Notes under the pieces: generated by a model
What the model was told of the DNA's origin: nothing
Databases searched by the model: none
What the model saw: the letters and a program-made list of their open reading frames with translations, nothing else
Translations under genes and position numbers: made by a program
Assembly: GCA_963665735.1 (NCBI GenBank)
Contig: OY762444.1
Span: 1,867,547-1,931,546, forward strand
Source: Dehalococcoidia bacterium
GTDB lineage: Bacteria > Chloroflexota > Dehalococcoidia > Lucifugimonadales > UBA3495
Length of the DNA stretch: 64,000 nt
Direction of reading: 5' to 3'
Shown here: positions 61,204 to 64,000 of the stretch, one piece after another
How the letters are laid out: every line of letters begins with the position of its first letter
Position numbering within the stretch: the stretch's first letter is position 1

Positions 61204-62337
61204 ATGAATTTCGGTCTTTTTCTGGAATGGCCCAACCCGGAAATCCGCAACTGGAAGACGCTTTTCGAGGAAGGAATCGAGCAGCTCCAGTACTCGGAAG
61301 AGGTGGGGTTTGACTACTGCCTGATTGCCGAACACCACTTTTCCAACTACGGCAACTCGCCGGCCCCACTGCTCCAGGCCCTGCACATCGGCCAGCGCAC
61401 CCGGAAACTGAAAATCGCCACCGGAATCCTGGTATTGCCCATCTGGGACCCGCTGCGGCTGGCCGAAGAGGTGGCGGTGCTGGACAACCTGGTTGACGGG
61501 CGGTTTATCTGCGGCATTGGCCGGGGCTACCAGCCCCATGAAATGTCCCGGTTCGGCATCCCCCTGGAAGAGTCCCGCCAGCGCACCCACGAAACCCTGG
61601 ACGTGATGGTTAAAGCCTGGACTCAGGACGAGTCTTTCACCTACGCGGGCGAATACATCAACGTACCCCACGAAGTAACGGTCTGGCCCAAGCCGTTGCA
61701 GAAACCCCATCCGCCCTTCTGGATTGCCGGCACCAGCGTCGAGTCCATGAAACTGGCGGCCCAGCGGGACATGATGCCCATAACCACGGGTCTGCTGGGC
61801 GCGGCGGGTATGCGGGCGCACCTGGCCTCGCTGATACATTTCCGGCTGGAATTGGGCAAGCCGATAGACAACATCCAACTGGGGATGCAGGCCATTACCC
61901 ACGTCGCCGACACCGACGAAGAGGCCCGCAATCAACTGGCCTACGCCCGTTGGCAGAACCGGGCCGGCCGCGCCCTGAACCGGCTGGACGTTAAGAACGG
62001 GCGGGTGCAGGTGGGGCCGTACCAAGGGGAGTTGGACGACGACGGTTTCATGCAGCGGTTGTTTTTCGGCGGGCCGGATACGGTCATCAGGAAGTTCAAG
62101 GAAGCGGCGGAGTTGGGCGTCACCCACGTCAGCAACTGGATGATGTTCGGCGGGCTGGAACACGAAAAGATTATGAAGTCGGTGCGGCTGATGGGCGAGG
62201 AAGTGATACCGGCCCTGCGGGAAGTCCTGCCGCCCCCGTCCCTGGCCGAGGAACTGGCCCAGGAACCCCCGGCCACCACCGAAGAACTACAACAAGCCAG
62301 ATTCGGCCCCGCCCCCTCAGACGTAACAACGACGTAA
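61204..62337 (+). CDS. LLM-class (luciferase-like) flavin/F420-dependent oxidoreductase
   Basis: MNFGLFLEWPNP...GFDYCLIAEHHFSNYG...LDNLVDGRFICGIGRGYQPHE. Confidence 0.8.
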   Translation: MNFGLFLEWPNPEIRNWKTLFEEGIEQLQYSEEVGFDYCLIAEHHFSNYGNSPAPLLQALHIGQRTRKLKIATGILVLPIWDPLRLAEEVAVLDNLVDGRFICGIGRGYQPHEMSRFGIPLEESRQRTHETLDVMVKAWTQDESFTYAGEYINVPHEVTVWPKPLQKPHPPFWIAGTSVESMKLAAQRDMMPITTGLLGAAGMRAHLASLIHFRLELGKPIDNIQLGMQAITHVADTDEEARNQLAYARWQNRAGRALNRLDVKNGRVQVGPYQGELDDDGFMQRLFFGGPDTVIRKFKEAAELGVTHVSNWMMFGGLEHEKIMKSVRLMGEEVIPALREVLPPPSLAEELAQEPPATTEELQQARFGPAPSDVTTT

Positions 62338-62456
62338 CCCAAGGGCTTGAATCTTGACTGACATTCCATTGTGAGCTTTCTTTGGGTATTGGTGTAGAAT
62401 TGGCCTAATCGCCCTTTCGCAATCCGCTTGTCCCACCAACCGGCGCAAGGAGTTCC

Positions 62457-63347
62457 ATGAATAGACCCGTTGAACAAGGGCAGCTTATTGTTGGTGAAGG
62501 CCGGCAATCCAAGAAAAGGCCGTCCCCTTCCCAAAGGGCCAACGACCTTGACGGGCGGCAATGGTTGCGGAACTCCATCAGCATTTGGAGCGATATTCAT
62601 AAGACCCCGGAGGAAATTTCGTTAAAACATCCCGCCATGTTTCCCATCAAATTGGTGAGCCGGTTAATCGAGTCTTTTACCCGTTCCGACCAAAGGGTTG
62701 TGCTTGACCCCTTTTCCGGGATTGGTTCTACGGTTCTGGCCGCCGAAGGGCTGGGCAAACAAGGCATAGGGCTGGACATATCGCCTGAGTACATCACCAA
62801 AGCCAGCCAGCGCCCTTTGCCCAACACGGACTTGTTTGGGTCTAACGGCGCTACCGGGACTGGGGAGCGCCATTTCTACCAGGCGGATGCCAGGGACTTG
62901 TTGCAGTACGCCGACCCGGACTCGGTTGATTTCGTAGTAACTTCTCCCCCCTATTGGGACATTCTGCTCCAGAACAGGACTGCCGACTACAAGGAAATCC
63001 GAAACTACGGAGATTCGGATTCGGATTTAGGGCGAATCTCCGATTACCACGAATTCATTGAGGCTTTGGGCGATGTTTTCGCCCAGGTTCTTACTGCCCT
63101 TAAACCGGGGTGCTACTGCTGCGTGGTGGTGATGGATTTACGCAAGGGCAGCAAGTTCTTTCCCTTACACGCCGATTTGTCCGTGAAGATGCAGGAAATA
63201 GGTTTCCTGTTCGACGACCTGATAATCTGGGACCGGAAGCACGAATACAACAACTTGCGGCCCTTGGGACACCCCAGCGTTTTCCGAATCAACAAGGTTC
63301 ACGAGTTTATCCTCATTTTCCAGAAACCACGGGCCAATGCAGCTTGA
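62457..63347 (+). CDS. DNA methyltransferase (N4-C/N6-A DNA-methylase family) with motif order X-I ... IV
   Basis: HPAMFPIKLVSRLIESFT...VLDPFSGIGSTVLAAE covers motifs X and I at residues about 60-95. VVTSPPYWDI is motif IV at residue about 165. AT-richer island. Confidence 0.8.
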   Translation: MNRPVEQGQLIVGEGRQSKKRPSPSQRANDLDGRQWLRNSISIWSDIHKTPEEISLKHPAMFPIKLVSRLIESFTRSDQRVVLDPFSGIGSTVLAAEGLGKQGIGLDISPEYITKASQRPLPNTDLFGSNGATGTGERHFYQADARDLLQYADPDSVDFVVTSPPYWDILLQNRTADYKEIRNYGDSDSDLGRISDYHEFIEALGDVFAQVLTALKPGCYCCVVVMDLRKGSKFFPLHADLSVKMQEIGFLFDDLIIWDRKHEYNNLRPLGHPSVFRINKVHEFILIFQKPRANAA

Positions 63348-64000
63348 TACGGCGCGTTTCTCTGAGGATATTCCGAATATCTTTGGGCTGGACGGCGACC
63401 TGGACTTGGCTGTCGCCTTCGTAACTGAGCCTGGCTTATCCCTGGTACGTCCATCCCTGGAACGAAAACTCGCGTCGGGACGGCGTATCCGCCTGTTGCT
63501 CGACCTGCAAGAGGGCGCTACGGACCCGACCGCATTGTGGGAACTGATTGCCCTTGCCCATCAATACCCTTCTTCTCTTCTGCTGCGGGCATACGTTCCG
63601 AATCAAGGAATCCTCCACAGCAAGGTTTACATCAACCAGGCTGACAGCAGGGTTACTCTGATAACCGGGTCAGCGAACCTGAGCGCGGCCGCTCTCAACG
63701 AGAACGTGGAACACGGGTTGCGCCTCGCCGGAACCACCTCCGACCAAGTCCTAACGGAAGCGCAAGATGAGTTCGAGCGACTTTGGAACTCCCAATACGC
63801 TTTTCGCATAGACGATGAGGCGGCCAGGCTTTACGAAACTTACTGCGGCCTGATTAGGACTTCCCTAACCAGGGCGCAAAGAAGGGCGCGGGGTTCGTGG
63901 CGAAACCTGCTGGCGCACTTGGCGGAAACTCCGCCCACGGCCTTTGAGTGGCCGTCGGTACGGGCAGCGTTTATCATCGGAGCAATCACGGCTCGCGGCT
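63337..64000 (+). CDS. PLD-family (HKD) nuclease, putative restriction endonuclease; 3' end runs off the window
   Basis: Not in the ORF track because it is open at the window edge. My translation from ATG 63337 gives MQLDTARFSEDIPNIFGLDGDLDLAVAFVTEPG...GILHSKVYINQADSRVTLITGSANLSAAALNENVEHGLR (HxK...GSxN). It overlaps the methylase gene by 11 nt. Confidence 0.7.
   Translation, partial: MQLDTARFSEDIPNIFGLDGDLDLAVAFVTEPGLSLVRPSLERKLASGRRIRLLLDLQEGATDPTALWELIALAHQYPSSLLLRAYVPNQGILHSKVYINQADSRVTLITGSANLSAAALNENVEHGLRLAGTTSDQVLTEAQDEFERLWNSQYAFRIDDEAARLYETYCGLIRTSLTRAQRRARGSWRNLLAHLAETPPTAFEWPSVRAAFIIGAITARG

Overview
64 kb of a GC-rich bacterial chromosome; the taxon cannot be determined from this window. 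I saw no rRNA, tRNA, CRISPR array, transposase or integrase. There are about 50 protein genes. Most are accessory catabolic enzymes: three MmgE/PrpD paralogues, a double-hotdog hydratase followed by four tandem family-III CoA-transferases, two ThDP enzymes, a penicillin-acylase-family hydrolase, an amidase, an enolase-superfamily enzyme, a haloacetate-dehalogenase-like hydrolase, a thiolase-like/DUF35 pair, flavoenzymes and MBL hydrolases. There is also a DHA2 MFS transporter and a cadherin/FN3 surface protein. Visibly AT-richer islands (judged by eye) carry DNA-modification or defence genes. (1) A 1116-aa Type IIL/IIG-like nuclease-methylase ends in a DUF433 antitoxin-like domain and overlaps a DUF5615 PIN-like gene; this is my top candidate for an undescribed guard-type system. 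(2) A Dam-like methylase is paired with a PD-ExK endonuclease. (3) A methylase is paired with a PLD(HKD) nuclease that runs off the window. (4) There is an orphan hsdS. Two real ORFs that are open at the window edges (1..1574 minus, 63337..64000 plus) are missing from the ORF track. Other notable items: a DsbA/FrnE-like gene with an in-frame TGA replacing the first Cys of CxxC plus a SECIS-like hairpin; a phosphotriesterase-family gene split at a C8 homopolymer; hairpin repeats inserted in frame inside two CDSs; a 2-kb gene-free region with phased T-tracts, iteron-like repeats and a UNCG-capped structured-RNA candidate. At least eight families of palindromic or heptameric repeats fill almost every intergenic spacer. 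Many long ORFs in the track are GC-rich antisense shadows or translations of repeats.
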